Shown here piece after piece: positions 11,581 through 24,107 of a stretch of DNA of 63,231 nt. Below the pieces are notes generated by a model. That model was not told where the DNA came from, searched no databases, and saw only the letters and a program-made list of their open reading frames with translations. This DNA is from Lama guanicoe (Eukaryota): assembly GCA_013239625.1 (NCBI GenBank), contig MU054212.1, positions 7,663,039-7,726,269 of the forward strand, read 5' to 3'. Each line of letters starts with the position of its first letter. The stretch's first letter is position 1. The translations under genes were made by a program, and so were the position numbers.

Positions 11581-12330
11581 CTGAAAATCAATGCTCTCCG
11601 AGACACCAGGCATCCTGTCTCACTGTGCGTGAAATTTTAAAAAATCTCATGCTCGAAAGAAAAGTAAATACTTCTTGAACAATCAATTTATAATTTCCTC
11701 TTCATGTAGCTCTGCTGAAAAGTGCTTCTGCCTCCTGTGAATTATCCATCAGAAATCCCAGGTCAGCCTTTCTCCAGGTGAGCTGAACCAAACCTTCAGC
11801 GAGGTGCCTTCCGCACATTTGGAGTTTAAATTGGAATGACTTCATCCCAGGACCCCATCCATTACACCTTGTTTTCCTTTAGTACATTAGCACATCTTAT
11901 TTCAGGTCGGTTAGAACGAGCGCGCAAGCGATCTCTCGGTCAGGAAGTGGGGTACACTACAAATTCCCCGGTGACTCACTTAGGGAGAGGAGGACAAGGG
12001 CTGTGAACGGGCAAAGAGAGGAACTATTAGGATCACCTTCCAACCAGCCTCTGACTGCTCAGATTCAGGCCGTTTCCGCCAGGTTTCCACCTTTGGGTCC
12101 TGGCGGCTGCAGCTGCAGGAGCCAAAGCCAAGGTCCCCCGCAGGCCTCTAAAACCGGATAAGGATACAGGAAGGACGTAGAGAAAACACGAAAAAACATT
12201 TTTTTTCCCCCTAAGACCATTGAAAGCTGAGGAGTGGATGTTTGGGTTTTTTTTTTTTTTCTTTAACTTCTTGTTTTGTCAACCCTTCTCCTAAAAGGAA
12301 AACACCAGCGATCTCACTAAAGGCACAACC

Positions 12331-12350
12331 AGAGCGCCACCATGTGGTGG
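12331..12350 (-). promoter_or_regulatory. Candidate CTCF-binding motif
   Basis: Minus strand reads ccaccacatggtggcgctct, close to the CTCF core CCACYAGGKGGCRCT, in a locally CpG-retaining unique region. Confidence 0.35.
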
Positions 12351-12984
12351 AGCCTTTACGGACCAACCGGGCTTGCGGCGGGTTTGCAAAGCCAGGCAGA
12401 GAAGAAAACTGGAAATGGGTTGGCACGCTGTGACAAAAGCCAGAAAACTTAATGCTAGAGATCACGCCTCTCTTCCGAAGCTGGGTAATAGGCTTGGGTT
12501 TTGTTTTTTTTTTTGAATATCATATTCAATACTACAGAGGTATCACTGATGTGATTTGTAAAGTGAAGTTATTTTATTTAATTGCCTTGATTTATTTTCA
12601 AAAAGAAAGAACACGACTAGCACGAGAACTTATCATGGGACAGAACAGCATATGCTCTGCTTCAGGAATAATCGTACTTATGCAAATTCCTCCTGGCTAT
12701 CAGCTGACACTTGAGTGTTGTTGATGAGGGTGGATTTGGGGGTTGGTTTGGTTGGCTGGGGGTTGTGGTGGTGGTGGTTGCTTTTGAGCAGATGGAAAAA
12801 ACGTGTCACCCCAGTCCTCAATTGGAATGATCAGGTCCAATTATTTTGTGTCCTTATATCAGTCTGCTCTAGGTTTAAATTCTAGAAAAGAATGCTTAGT
12901 TAGCTATGTTTAATCTGCTCATCAACTTTTTATGCAAGGATTTTGATGATCTTGATTCACAGTCTGATCAAGACTAACTGCAAA

Positions 12985-13112
12985 GAATATATATATGTAC
13001 ACATGTGTGTATATTTATATGTGTGTATATGTATAACTGAATCACTATGCTGTCCACCAGAAACTAACACAACATTGTAAATCAACTATACTTCAATTAA
13101 TAATTTTTTTAA
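12985..13112 (+). mobile_element. Very short LINE-1 3' tail insertion
   Basis: ataactgaatcactatgctgtccaccagaaactaacacaacattgtaaatcaactatacttcaatt is the same tail as at 5180-5245. Flanks aagact...tgcaaagaa are imperfectly duplicated. Confidence 0.85.
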
Positions 13113-14217
13113 AAAAGACTGCATGCAAAGAAGTGGTAGCCAATAGGAAAACCAGGCTAAGAGTTAACAAGGGGTCAGGCAAAACCCCAGCAGATGACAG
13201 GTACACTTGGCGCCATTTCGAGGACTAGTCCGTCACCGGGTGCTGCCACAGACCAAAGGTGGGCATATGAGCTATAATGTCCAGTGTCCACCCACTGATC
13301 TCATAGCAAATGACACAGAGATCCTTCTAATCTGTCTGAAGTCTTCTAGTCCGTGGGCATTCCGCCAGCATGGGCTCCTCAATTACACCTTCATCATGGG
13401 GTCACCTGCTACGTGACAATAAGCCTCTAAGAGAGGACATCAGGTCTGAGGGCCACTTCAGACCTGAAGACGCTTGGACCTTGTCTTTGATGCTGCACAT
13501 TGACCTAAGTCTCAGGTTCCCCCTACTTCAACGGGAACCATCAGGAAAATATCCCCAAAGGGCCTGAGACCTTCTTGACACCTCAGTGGAACAAATTTTT
13601 CCCTTTTACAAGGATATTAAGGCATCAATGAGAGTGTCACTGCTGCTTTTGTGTAAAGTGTGCCAATGTCTTTGTGTTCCTTCTAAGAAAGAACTTGCTT
13701 GGGATAAGAGACTCATGCAGTGTCTGACAATCCATCATGCAAAGTTTTCCCTTGATATTTTTACTGTGTTTAAATGTTCTTTGCCAAGAAATCTCCCTTT
13801 CTTTGAGGACTATGACTGCTTACTCATTAGAAATTACGTGGTCTATGTGTCGATTAGGGAGAACTCTTGCAATCAGCGTCCCAAATCAAGGAGGAGAAGG
13901 TTGTTATCAAGTGTTGCTTTGGTCCCTTAATTTATCACCCAGGTTAATTATGAAGGGAGGTGGAACATTCCTGCTCCCATCTCTCTGCTTCCCCAACGGC
14001 CAGCCAATAGAATCCGAGCAGCTTCATTTACAGGTCTCCAGCTGTCCCTGATGGCAGTTTCTTGGTATTTCATGATTCCTATTTCACTGCAATCAAAGAA
14101 TCAGTACCTTCTGGCCTCAGAGAGCTGGCCTCAGACAGAACTAGACCTCCAGGCTTCTGACTCAGGTCACAGCTCCCTCCACAAGCACTGCTTCTCCAGA
14201 GTTGTGATCGCTTCTTC

Positions 14218-14291
14218 CTTTTTTCTTTTAACTGAAGTTTAGTTGCTTTATAATGTTGGGTTAGTTTCTGGTGTACAGCATAGCGATTCAG

Positions 14292-14325
<34 letters not shown>

Positions 14326-14938
14326 TCTATGCCATATTATTTTTCCTTACAGGTTATTACAAAATATAGAATACCCCTGTGCTATACAGTAGGACCTTGT
14401 TGTTCATCTATTTTATATATAGTAGTTCGCATCTGCTAATCCCAAACTGCTAATTTATCCATCCCTCACCCCCTTTCCCCTTTGGTAACCATAAGTGTTT
14501 TCTATGCCTGTGAGTCTCTTCCTGTTTTGTAAATAAGTTCATCTGTGTCATTTTTCTAGACTCCACATATAAGTGATATCATATGATGTGGATATGCACT
14601 TTGTCTATTCCACTTTATGTGGAATCTAAAAAAATGACACAAATGAACTTATTTACAAATATCATATGATATTTGTCTTTGTCTGACTTACTTCACTTGG
14701 AAAAAAATGACACAAATGAACTTATTTACAAATATCATATGATATTTGTCTTTGTCTGACTTACTTCACTTGGTGTGCTAATGTCTACACCCATCCATGT
14801 TGCTACAAATGGCATTATCTCATTCTTTTTAATGGCTGAGTAGTATTCCATTGTATATATACACCACATCTTCTTTATCCATTCATCTGTCAACGGACAT
14901 TTAGGTTGCTTCCATGGCTTGGCTACTGTAAACAGTGT
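14218..14938 (-). mobile_element. LINE-1 3' end (antisense) with internal rearrangement and (CA)n
   Basis: Reverse complement of the L1 3' UTR/ORF2 end (aatggctgagtagtattccattg...; ttttgtaaataagttcat). (CA)n at ~14294-14321. Confidence 0.93.
14628..14773. repeat. Perfect 73-bp tandem duplication
   Basis: 14628-14700 and 14701-14773 are identical (aaaaaaatgacacaaatg...cttacttcacttgg). Confidence 0.95.
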
Positions 14939-15130
14939 GCTTCTGTTAATGATGTCTTCATGGTTTAGTTTTATGTTAGAAAATTATAGAAATAAGGAAT
15001 AGTAAAATTATGGAAGTAAAGGTTATTGAAATTAAAATTATATAAAAATAAGGATTAACATTAGTAAATACTAAATTATTAAAATATTTATAAATATTAA
15101 GATTAAAAGGGATAGTCATCCCTTTAAAAT

Positions 15131-15155
15131 GTATATATATATACATATATGTGCA

Positions 15156-15190
<35 letters not shown>
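15131..15190. repeat. (TA)n/(TG)n microsatellite
   Basis: gtatatatat...gtgtgtgt...atatatatat, read directly. Confidence 0.9.
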
Positions 15191-15809
15191 GCTATCAATT
15201 AGCTTTAAGGTCTCTTTACAAACTGTTGCTTTTAAGTTCAGCCAGTTTCTGAGTAGAAAAAGATTCCAAGTTTCTCTGAGTATTACAGATTTAAGTAGTT
15301 AATTTCAGAGATATTCTTTTTCTTGGAGGATTATATTCTTAACTGTCTTTAAGACAAATTGTCATATTATAAAATCTTCTAGGCTACAGGGCAATTTTTC
15401 ATCTCTATAGTTGACTCATTTTAGCATTTCATCTAAATACTGCTTTCTCCAGTAGCTTTTTAAAAAATATTTCTATAGACAAGTCATTGGAGTAATTTTC
15501 TCCAAAATGTCCCATTATTTCTAGGCGAACAGCAAAACCAAGTCGTTGGTTGAAGGCAGAATAGGCTGAGAGACTGTATCATTGATATATGTGTGTACTT
15601 GTGCTAATTACTGTGTAGGAAAAATTGCACACAGTTGAAGAGAAAAGATTATCATATGTCTAATAATCTAACCAGTGCTATTGATTAACAATGTTAAAAA
15701 GAATTTTTATCCACCTTGTGCTTTTCCTTCTAATAGACTTTCCATCCCTGACTTTTGAAAATGAGCAAGTTGATTTATACTCGTTTCACAAGACAGAAGC
15801 TCATTTTGT

Positions 15810-16510
15810 GACTCCCCACAGGGTAAAATCCAGCCCTTTAAATTGACACATGAGGCATTTTGCAACTTAGTCTTAGTCACTCTTACTTTGCTCTCCCAGC
15901 ACTTTTTATTGTATCTTCATGTTCTCAGCACCCAGGGATCCATGTGCTGTCTTGCTGTGGATCTTTCATCACGCTGTTCCCTGTACCTGAAGTGCCTTTG
16001 CCTTACTCATCCTCATCACCTAGAGGTCAGGGGTCAGTAAACTGTGGCTCATGGACAAGTCTGGTCTGCAGCTCTGCCTGTTTCTGTGAAAGAAAGTGTT
16101 ACTAGAACACGGCCGTTGACACGCGGTCTATGACTGCTTTCACACTACAGCTGCCAAAATGAGGAGTCAGAACAGAGACGGTCTGGCCGCAAAGCCTAAA
16201 ATATTTGCTACCTGATCCTTTACGGAAAAACTTGCTGACCTCCGGCTACACCAGGACCACTTTTCTTGAGAAGCAATCATTCCATCTTGGTCTCCTAATC
16301 GATACATTATTTCTGTAATCCTGCAGCCTTCATGACAAGGCACTGAAGAGTAACTACCAGCGTTCTCTAATTTCCTTATGTGTCTATTTTCCCCAAAGCA
16401 ACTCTTTGCTCCTTGTAGACAGGGACTATCTTACTTATTGCCGTATGACTAGTTCTTCCTGCAGTACTTGAAACAAAGTGCTTGGGCAAGGTTGGTGACA
16501 TAGTGAATGA
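15810..16510 (+). mobile_element. L2 fragments, interrupted by MER58
   Basis: Pyrimidine-rich L2-like text (cacgctgttccctgtacctgaagtgcctt; gctccttgtagacagggactatctt) on both sides of 16028-16244. Confidence 0.5.
16028..16244 (+). mobile_element. MER58A-like hAT-Charlie DNA transposon
   Basis: Terminal inverted repeats caggggtcagtaaact ... cttgctgacctccg, with internal ggccgcaaagcctaaaatatttgctacctg. Confidence 0.85.
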
Positions 16511-17889
16511 AGTATTAGAGGAACCAATTAAAACCCATAAAGCGGAAGATGCGAAGGAAAGTAAAATGTTTTTTACTCTACTTCTTTGAGTATGTTACTC
16601 AGTATAGCTTTACGAGGATTATAGATTTCTCTGCGGGACCATTGTTCTTCAGCTTAGATGGTTTCCGTAAAGTAAAATCAGATGGTTCTACATTCAACAA
16701 AGGCCCAAGACTACAGGATTCCTACGCAGCTCGGAGGAACAAAGGTGGCTATATAACACCATGGCTGATTTTTAAAAATATTCTCAAAAAAAACAACCCA
16801 ATGAGCATAACCTCTTTGAAAGAATTCATTGTAAGGGGCCACATACTTCTAGAAATTCCACCATTCATTGAAATTTGCTCAAATTACCTGTTTGAGATCT
16901 TCCTTCTCAGTCTGTAACACATACATTTAACAATCTCCAATGGTGGTAAAGGGATTTTTTTTAATGTTCCATGGTCACCTAGTGACACGTGTGTTATGTA
17001 TAAAAAGGGTGATAAAAGTTGAGAAATGCTCTTGACTCTAACAAGACATATTCTTATACAGCAGCAAGACTGACTTTCTTGTGCATGCTTGTAATGGACT
17101 CATCCAACAAACACCAGCGGAGTTCTTATCGGATGAGACTGTGTGTTCAGAGAGCAATCCAAATGGGGTGTTTCAAAAATGTTCTGAGCATAGCAGCATC
17201 ATAAGAAATCACGTAAGGCCCTGCAAACATGTAGTACATACTTTACAAAAGAAATCGGGCCACGCAGACTCAGATATGACTGGTGGACTGATGCAAATGC
17301 TTCCTTAGACCATCAGACCAACACTGGACAAGAAAGCATAAACCTTTATCATCAGACAGAGGTGGGGTGGAGGTGGGGGTTCTCTTCCTCTTCAGGGACC
17401 AGCCACAAGAGCGTAGACAACACTGGGTTGGTATATAGGAGCCAAAACCAGAACAGGGAGGACCACAGGGGGCAAAACTGAGACCAAGAGCAGATCTGAG
17501 GGTCAAGTTGGAAAAGCTGAATCTAGAATTAGATAGCAGGGTTAAGTGTTAGGCTGTGAGCAGGAAAGTTAGGAGCTGAATGAACACAGAACAGGACAGG
17601 GCACAAATGTGCAAATGAAGAAAGATGGACCAAAACTCTGATTATGAACAACAGTTGGGGCTCCTAGAGTTCCCTTTGACTGGATGTTGACAAACTGGAG
17701 GGGGTGTGGGCCAGCCTGGGCCAAAGGCACAGGGTCAGAGCAGAAGTGAGACTCTGTGTCCAGACTGGAGGACACGAGGAATAGGAAACATCAAAACTAT
17801 CATTTTTAATAGTAACCTGCTACTTCTACCTTTTCATGATGAAAAAGTACCTAATAGTATACATTTAGGCCATTTCCTAGGATAATGCC

Positions 17890-17983
17890 TTTTTTTTTTT
17901 TTTTAATGGAAGTACTGGGGATTGAACCCAGGACCTCATGCAGGCTACGCAGGCACTCTACCACTGAGCTATGCCCACCGCCC
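17890..17983 (-). mobile_element. tRNA-derived SINE (camelid Vic-type), short form
   Basis: Poly(T), then aatggaagtactggggattgaacccaggacctc...ctctaccactgagcta. Imperfect flanking repeat aggata...cttt. Confidence 0.92.
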
Positions 17984-18804
17984 AGGATATAGTCTTTATA
18001 AACCAATAAATATAAAATGCTTTCACAAGGAAACTTCTCTGATATCTTCTTCTCTGTCTTCTGTTTTTCCAGCCCCTAGAAAAGCCCTGTGGACCAGGTA
18101 CAGATGAGAAGTTTCTGTCAGGACGCACTGCTTTTATGATCCAGATATTTATATTCTCAGGTGCTGGAAGACATATAACTCCTTCAATAACCCACAGAAG
18201 GATTTACAATGAGGCCTTTCTCGAAAAGAAAATGCCTCACAGATACAAATCATTATCCTGTTTTTATTTTGTGGGTGCGCATGGAGGTTACATTCACCGG
18301 TAAGTGAAGTACGAAGAATAGGCAATTCAGAATCAAAGACCTGTGCTTACTAGCTGCTTCTTGTACTGACAAGAAGCTTCATACAAACAGAACTGCAATA
18401 ATGTTTCTTTTCCTGGCAGCCAAAATTGTAATGCTTATACTGATATTCAACTGTCTGTAGACTTCTTGCAGTTAGGAGAGAAAAAACAAATGACTAAGCA
18501 ACCGAGGAATTAAGAACAGCATTCAGGACCTCATATCAAAGAGGATGCTGGGAGTATCCGTTTTCTAAGCGCCGTGGGCTGTCTGAAACCCACACTGATT
18601 TATAGGGAAAGGAGGAATCTGCCAAGTGGGGTCGCTGTTACAAGATACGCCCACTTTATAAACTGGAAACCTCTTCTATCGCCCCGTTCCAGTCACTTTC
18701 TCAGAAACAACCACCTCCACTCCAAAACTGAACTCATGAATCTTTAAAAGAATAATTGGGAGGCAGGAAACTTGTGAGGACATCTGGAGGTAAATTTCCA
18801 GGCC

Positions 18805-18978
18805 AGGCTAATTACCAGATTCCCCTGGGGGTTATCAAAGACAACAGAAATAAAGGGGACAAATCTTTGGGCTCCACCCCCAGAGAACTTGGTTCATAAA
18901 CCTGCAGTAAGGCTCATATCAAAGGACCCCCCTCCCCCAAGGTGATTCTAAAGATCAGCCCAGTTTAGACACTTCTGA
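18805..18978. mobile_element. MER5-like hAT relic
   Basis: gggctccacccccagaga...ccccaaggtgattctaaagatcagcccagtttagacacttctg. Confidence 0.55.
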
Positions 18979-19499
18979 TCCACCCCATTCTCTCTCCACC
19001 AAGAAAGGCCACCCCTAAACCACCCGCAATGAAACAAAAAGTCGTTTTTTAAAGAAAAAAGGAAATTCCCTTGTTTTTCAGTATAAAATATATTTACACT
19101 TTAAAGTCCACTTAGAAATAACCTGCGTATCTGGATTCTACTTAAATAGTTGCATTTAGATGAAGATTTCACATCACAAAGTAATTCATTAGGAAACGCA
19201 TGTTCTCTCTTTTAGTTATTTTTACTGTTACGTATTTTTGGAAGGCATGAATAAAATACAGCAAAGTATGAAGACAAGACCCCACTGTCCCAAAACAAGA
19301 GTATGCTGATTTTTTTTTCATGTATTTGCCTCAGATCTCTTTTTGTTATTGTAGTTTTGAGAAATAAATCTTTGAAGGAAGTACTGTTTTCTCTGTATCT
19401 CTCACCAGATCTCTTCTACCTACCAACTCTCCTACTCTCCAACAAGAAAAACACTGTCATAGTTTTGCTATACAAAGTCCACAACTGTATACTTTCACC

Positions 19500-20095
19500 C
19501 ACATCTGTATCCATTAACTATGTGTTAACAATGTTGATTATTTTTCAATTTACATAAATGATATATCATGCTGTATAACATTCTGAAACTTGCTTTTTTT
19601 CTTTCCACATTATATTTTCAAGATCTCTCCCTGTTTATACATATACAATGGATTCATTCATTTTAAACACTGCCTAAACATCCTGCCATATAAAGAAACC
19701 ACCACAATATACGATCCATGCCCTTACCAATCGATATTTGAACTTTTAAAAAATTGTTGCTTTCATGAAAAATGCTGCCAGAGTAACCATATGCTTCTGT
19801 CTTCATGCGTGTGTTTAAGAATTTCTCCAGCTATTTGAACTTAACTGCAAAGTTGCATTTTAAAATTTATTAGTGTCAAATTGCTCTCCAAAGTACTGAT
19901 TAAAACTAATTAGCAGTGGGTGGTAATGTCCAGTTTCCCACATTTTTTGCCAACACTGGTATTATCAGCTCTTTACAAATTGTGTGAATCTGATCATGTC
20001 TCAGTGTTGTTTTAATGGGTGTCTCCCCAATTACTTGTGACACTAAGCATATTTTTATATGCATATAGCACATTCCACATTCCTTAACACCTTTA
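19500..20095 (-). mobile_element. Old LINE-1 (L1ME-type) fragment
   Basis: Antisense L1 text (aaattgctctccaaag...gtttcccacattttttgccaacactggtattatcag...ttgttttaatg). ORF 19906-20109 contains IKTTLRH. Confidence 0.75.
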
Positions 20096-20364
20096 TCTTC
20101 TGAGCACAACGTTCCCTTAGAGAAATGTCTCCACTTGACATTTCTCTGCTTCTCCTCCCGTTTTTACTACCCATTCATCTAGTTGCTTGCATTTATTATC
20201 AACAATAATGGGTCCATTCAGGGCAAGAATTTATCACAATGAGAGGATTCTGAAAGCAACTCCATGAAAACACCAAATCACCTCAAAACATTACACAACT
20301 ACTTACTGAGCACCTATAATTGACTATCACAGTAAAAGGTGACATCTTAGGAGGGGAACTACAT

Positions 20365-20552
20365 AGTTTCAAATCCTGGCTCCACAGCTGGATGACCAAG
20401 GAAAGTATCTTAACCTCTCTGAGCCACAGTTGCCACATCTAAAAACTGGAGGTGATAATAGTACCTAACTGTTGAAAGTTGTCTTAGATAATACAGACAA
20501 AGCATTTAGCACGGTGCTCGGCACATAATAAATATTCAAATGTTAGTTATTA
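20365..20552 (+). mobile_element. MIR SINE
   Basis: ttcaaatcctggctccac...cttaacctctctgagccacagtt...gataatagtaccta...aaagcatttagcacggtgctcggcacataata. Confidence 0.8.
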
Positions 20553-21209
20553 CCGTCATTGTGAAGATGTTATTCTGGGTGGGAGGACGGTGGTGCCGAC
20601 TGTCACCACCGCATTCTGCAGGAAGTAGATGCAAGGTGCTTAGCATGCAGAAGGTTTATTGGTTCATGCTCTTGGGATGAGCACGAAGAATGGAAGGCAA
20701 GGAAGGAGGACTGGCTGGCCAGACAAATGAGACTAGTATTAATGCACTTTGTGCTGTGATTCAATATCCATGATCACCACTTATTAGAAATATCCAAAGG
20801 AACCAGACCAATTATAAGAAAAAGTGGGGAGGGCGGGAGAAACGGGAAGAGGAAGGGATTTAAAAAAGTGGAAGAGGCAGAAAAGATTAGTGTCCGGAAC
20901 TACTCTATAAACATTCTACGTATGTTAAATAATGCAGTCCTCACAAAATGTATAGATAATCCTGGGTTAAGAAATGACAAAAATGAGAGATACTAAATCA
21001 CCAGTCCACAGTTCCAAAGCTTAGGAAGAAGTATAGCTGGAAGTTGAACCCAAACAATGTAGCTTCAGAACTCATATTCCTAACCACCGTCCATCCAGGA
21101 CCGCCACGACACATGCCAATACCACCCACAGGCTTGATCAGTTTATCCTTGTCACTCCCATCACTGCTCTCTATCTGACATTTTACTAGGCATTTTACTT
21201 ACATTATAT

Positions 21210-21370
21210 AATTTAATCTCATCCTTATAGTAACGCATGAAGGGTTGCATTTTATCCTCATTGACAGCTGAAGAGACTAGGAGAGGTTAAGTTCCTTTCT
21301 CAAAGCCGTACAATAGCAGAGCCAGGATTTTACTCCATGCTTGTTTGGCTTTGAAATTCAGTGTTCTCTC
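21210..21370 (-). mobile_element. MIR SINE fragment
   Basis: ttttatcctcattgacagctgaagagactaggagaggttaag...agcagagccaggattt. Confidence 0.6.
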
Positions 21371-21884
21371 CCATCATGACGTGGTTTTATTTTTGACAAG
21401 AGATTTTCTTTTCCAGCAGACTGATGACTATTTCATGCCACTTATGTCATGTCTTCCCTCAGATAAATAATATCAACTTGTTAACTTCCTTATGTTTACA
21501 TTGTCCCGTACTGGCATCCTTTGAACATTCTCCATGTATGCTGTGTTACTTAATTCCAGAAGCAGAAGTGAGCGTGTAGAGATTTTGACAATTTTGAGTA
21601 CCTAATGGGAAAGGTGCCAAGTGTTCCCTGCGTTCCGAATTCTCTAAATGAGAATTCAATGCCACACTTACTTTTTGAAGAACAGAATCGCTGTTCTGAT
21701 TCATGTTTAATACGCCTTCTGAACTGACCAACAGACCTCTTTCTATCGTGCTCTTAGTTCAGGCTTCCTACATGTCCTATTTGTATAATTTGCTTTAAAA
21801 GTATCCTAAGAATTTTTAGTCCTTATCGAATTTGTGCAGCTATTACTTACTCCTAATTATCTTATTTTTAAATTAAAGCATTTT

Positions 21885-22020
21885 TTTTAAATCGAAGTAT
21901 AGCCAGTTTACAATGTTGTGTCAATTTCTGGTGTACAACATAATAGCTCAGTCATACATAAACACACACATACTCATTTTCATATTCTTTTTCATTATAG
22001 GTTACCACAGGGAACTTTAT
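21885..22020 (-). mobile_element. Short LINE-1 3' tail insertion with TSD
   Basis: Antisense L1 tail (tttacaatgttgtgtcaatttctggtgtaca). 16-bp TSD taaattaaagcatttt at 21869-21884 and 22021-22036. Confidence 0.88.
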
Positions 22021-22999
22021 TAAATTAAAGCATTTTGCTTATATTAATACAAAATTTCAGAATCTTTCATTAGTAGATTTACCCAAGAGAATTTTATATA
22101 TATAAAATACATAAAAATATATATTACATATAAATATATAATATATATAAAGTATATATAAATTTAGGGGATCTTTACATAAATACTAATATTTCTCAAT
22201 CACTACCCATGGGTACAACTTAAAAGATGTACTCTTTCCCAAATGTCTTAATTCTAATGAGGCAACTCAAATACTTCTTAGAAGTGTACGTGTGTGTTTG
22301 TGTATGTTTATTTATTCACATGTGTACAAATTGATGGAATAGGACTCAAAGAAGCTGGAACAGTCTAAACAACCTGCAAACTTTAGCCTCCTAAGAATAC
22401 ATTAAATAAATCTATGGGAGAAACTGTCTTAATTGATTTGAAAACCACCACCATGGGCCTTTTAGTTTTGCAAAGATAAAGCAAATGCTACACCTTATTC
22501 CTCAAGAAGACAGCCCCACCCCTAAAGGCAGTGTAATCTAAATGCAATTATTTTAGTCTGAGATAATGAATATTCTGGATAGTCATGTAAATGAGATCTC
22601 CAAAGACTTGATCCTGTATTGGAAAAACATTGCTTTTCTCTCTGTGGATTTAGATTGCACTGTATTTGTTCAAACAGTTTGCATGACAAAGACCGTAAGT
22701 GGAGACCTTGGGAACTTAATGCGGACAAACAGGTGTACTTCTGGTCTCACACTGCAGGAGAGACAGCACATGCCTCAGTCAGGTCTGTGCTGGATGCGGC
22801 GCCCAGTGACAGATCTGTTGGTAACCCACCGTACCCACAGGACTACAGGGAGGACTCTGACATCAGATTAGTTTATGCTGACGAGTTTTGGGTATCTAGA
22901 ACAAGGCCGTGCCCTCCTAGTTAGGGATGAAGTTTATTCTGAAGGGGATGAACTGACCTACTGAGCTGTTAGTCACACCTTTTCTGTTACATCTACCCC

Positions 23000-24107
23000 T
23001 AATGCCATCCAGTCTCATGGTGTTAAACAAAATGTACACTGACAACTTCTAAATTTTTATCCGCAGTTCAAACCCTTTCTTTAAACCCCAGATTCATAAA
23101 TCCAGTTGGGTGCTCAAGGTAGCTACTTGGATGTCTAATGTATCTCAAAACTCAACCAATGTTTAAAGCTGAGCTTTTCATCCTTCCCAAGCAAACTTAT
23201 TTCTCTTTCAATTTTGTACTTTCCAGTGCCAGACAACTCTGTTCTCCACCTGTAAGCCAACACCCTGGGAGACATCCTTGATTCCTCTCTTTGTCTCATA
23301 TTCTACACCTGACACATCTCTCCACTCTACATTCAAAGTATGCCTATCATCTGATCAACACTGACCACCCTGACTGCTACCAGCCAGTCCAAGACTCCAA
23401 AATCTCTCCTCTGGATTATTGCGGTAGCCTCCCAACCCAGCTCTCTGCTCTGTCCTACGCCCCCTGGAGGCTACTCTCAACCTGGCAGCCTGGGGAACTT
23501 TATTTAGATTGTGTTTCTCCTCTTCTCCTCATTCTTCCCTCTCACTCAGAGCACCCTACAAGCACTTACAAGATCCTGTATGATCTGATTCCCCTCTAGG
23601 CCCCTATGCCCACTCCCCAACATGGTCCAGCTACATCTCCTAATATTTCCTCACTTTTCACATCACCGTAGACGCAATGACTTCCCTGCTGTTCCCCACA
23701 TGTAGCAGAAATTCTCCCAACTCCATGCTTTTGCACCTGTTGGTCTTTGCACCAGGAATTTTCTTCCTCTAAATACCATCTGGCTTGCTCTTTCATCTTC
23801 CTAGATCTTTCCTGGATGCCTCCTCCTGCGTGAGGTTTTCCCTAACCACCCCAGTTTACACTGTAATTGAAATTCAATCACATCCATTCTTCATCCCTTT
23901 CCCTACTTAATTTTTTTCCAAAGGGCTTATCACCATATATTAGCATCCATATTTTTCCTTAAACATTTTGCTCAGCGATTGACCTCTCCCACCAGAATAT
24001 AAGCACAATAAGGGCAGGAGTCTGTGATATTTTTAAAACTACTGATTTCCCAGGACCTAGCACATAATTATTCAATAAATATTTGTTGAATAGATCATTG
24101 AATGATT
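23000..24107 (+). mobile_element. L2 (L2a-like) LINE remnant
   Basis: ccatccagtctcatgg...ctacttggatgtctaa...ctggattattgcggtagcctccc...cccaggacctagcaca...tcaataaatatttgttgaat, a typical L2 body and terminus. Confidence 0.85.

Noticed and set aside
14628..14773. CRISPR-like direct repeats
   Set aside because: Only two adjacent units with no spacers, L1-derived, in a mammalian context.
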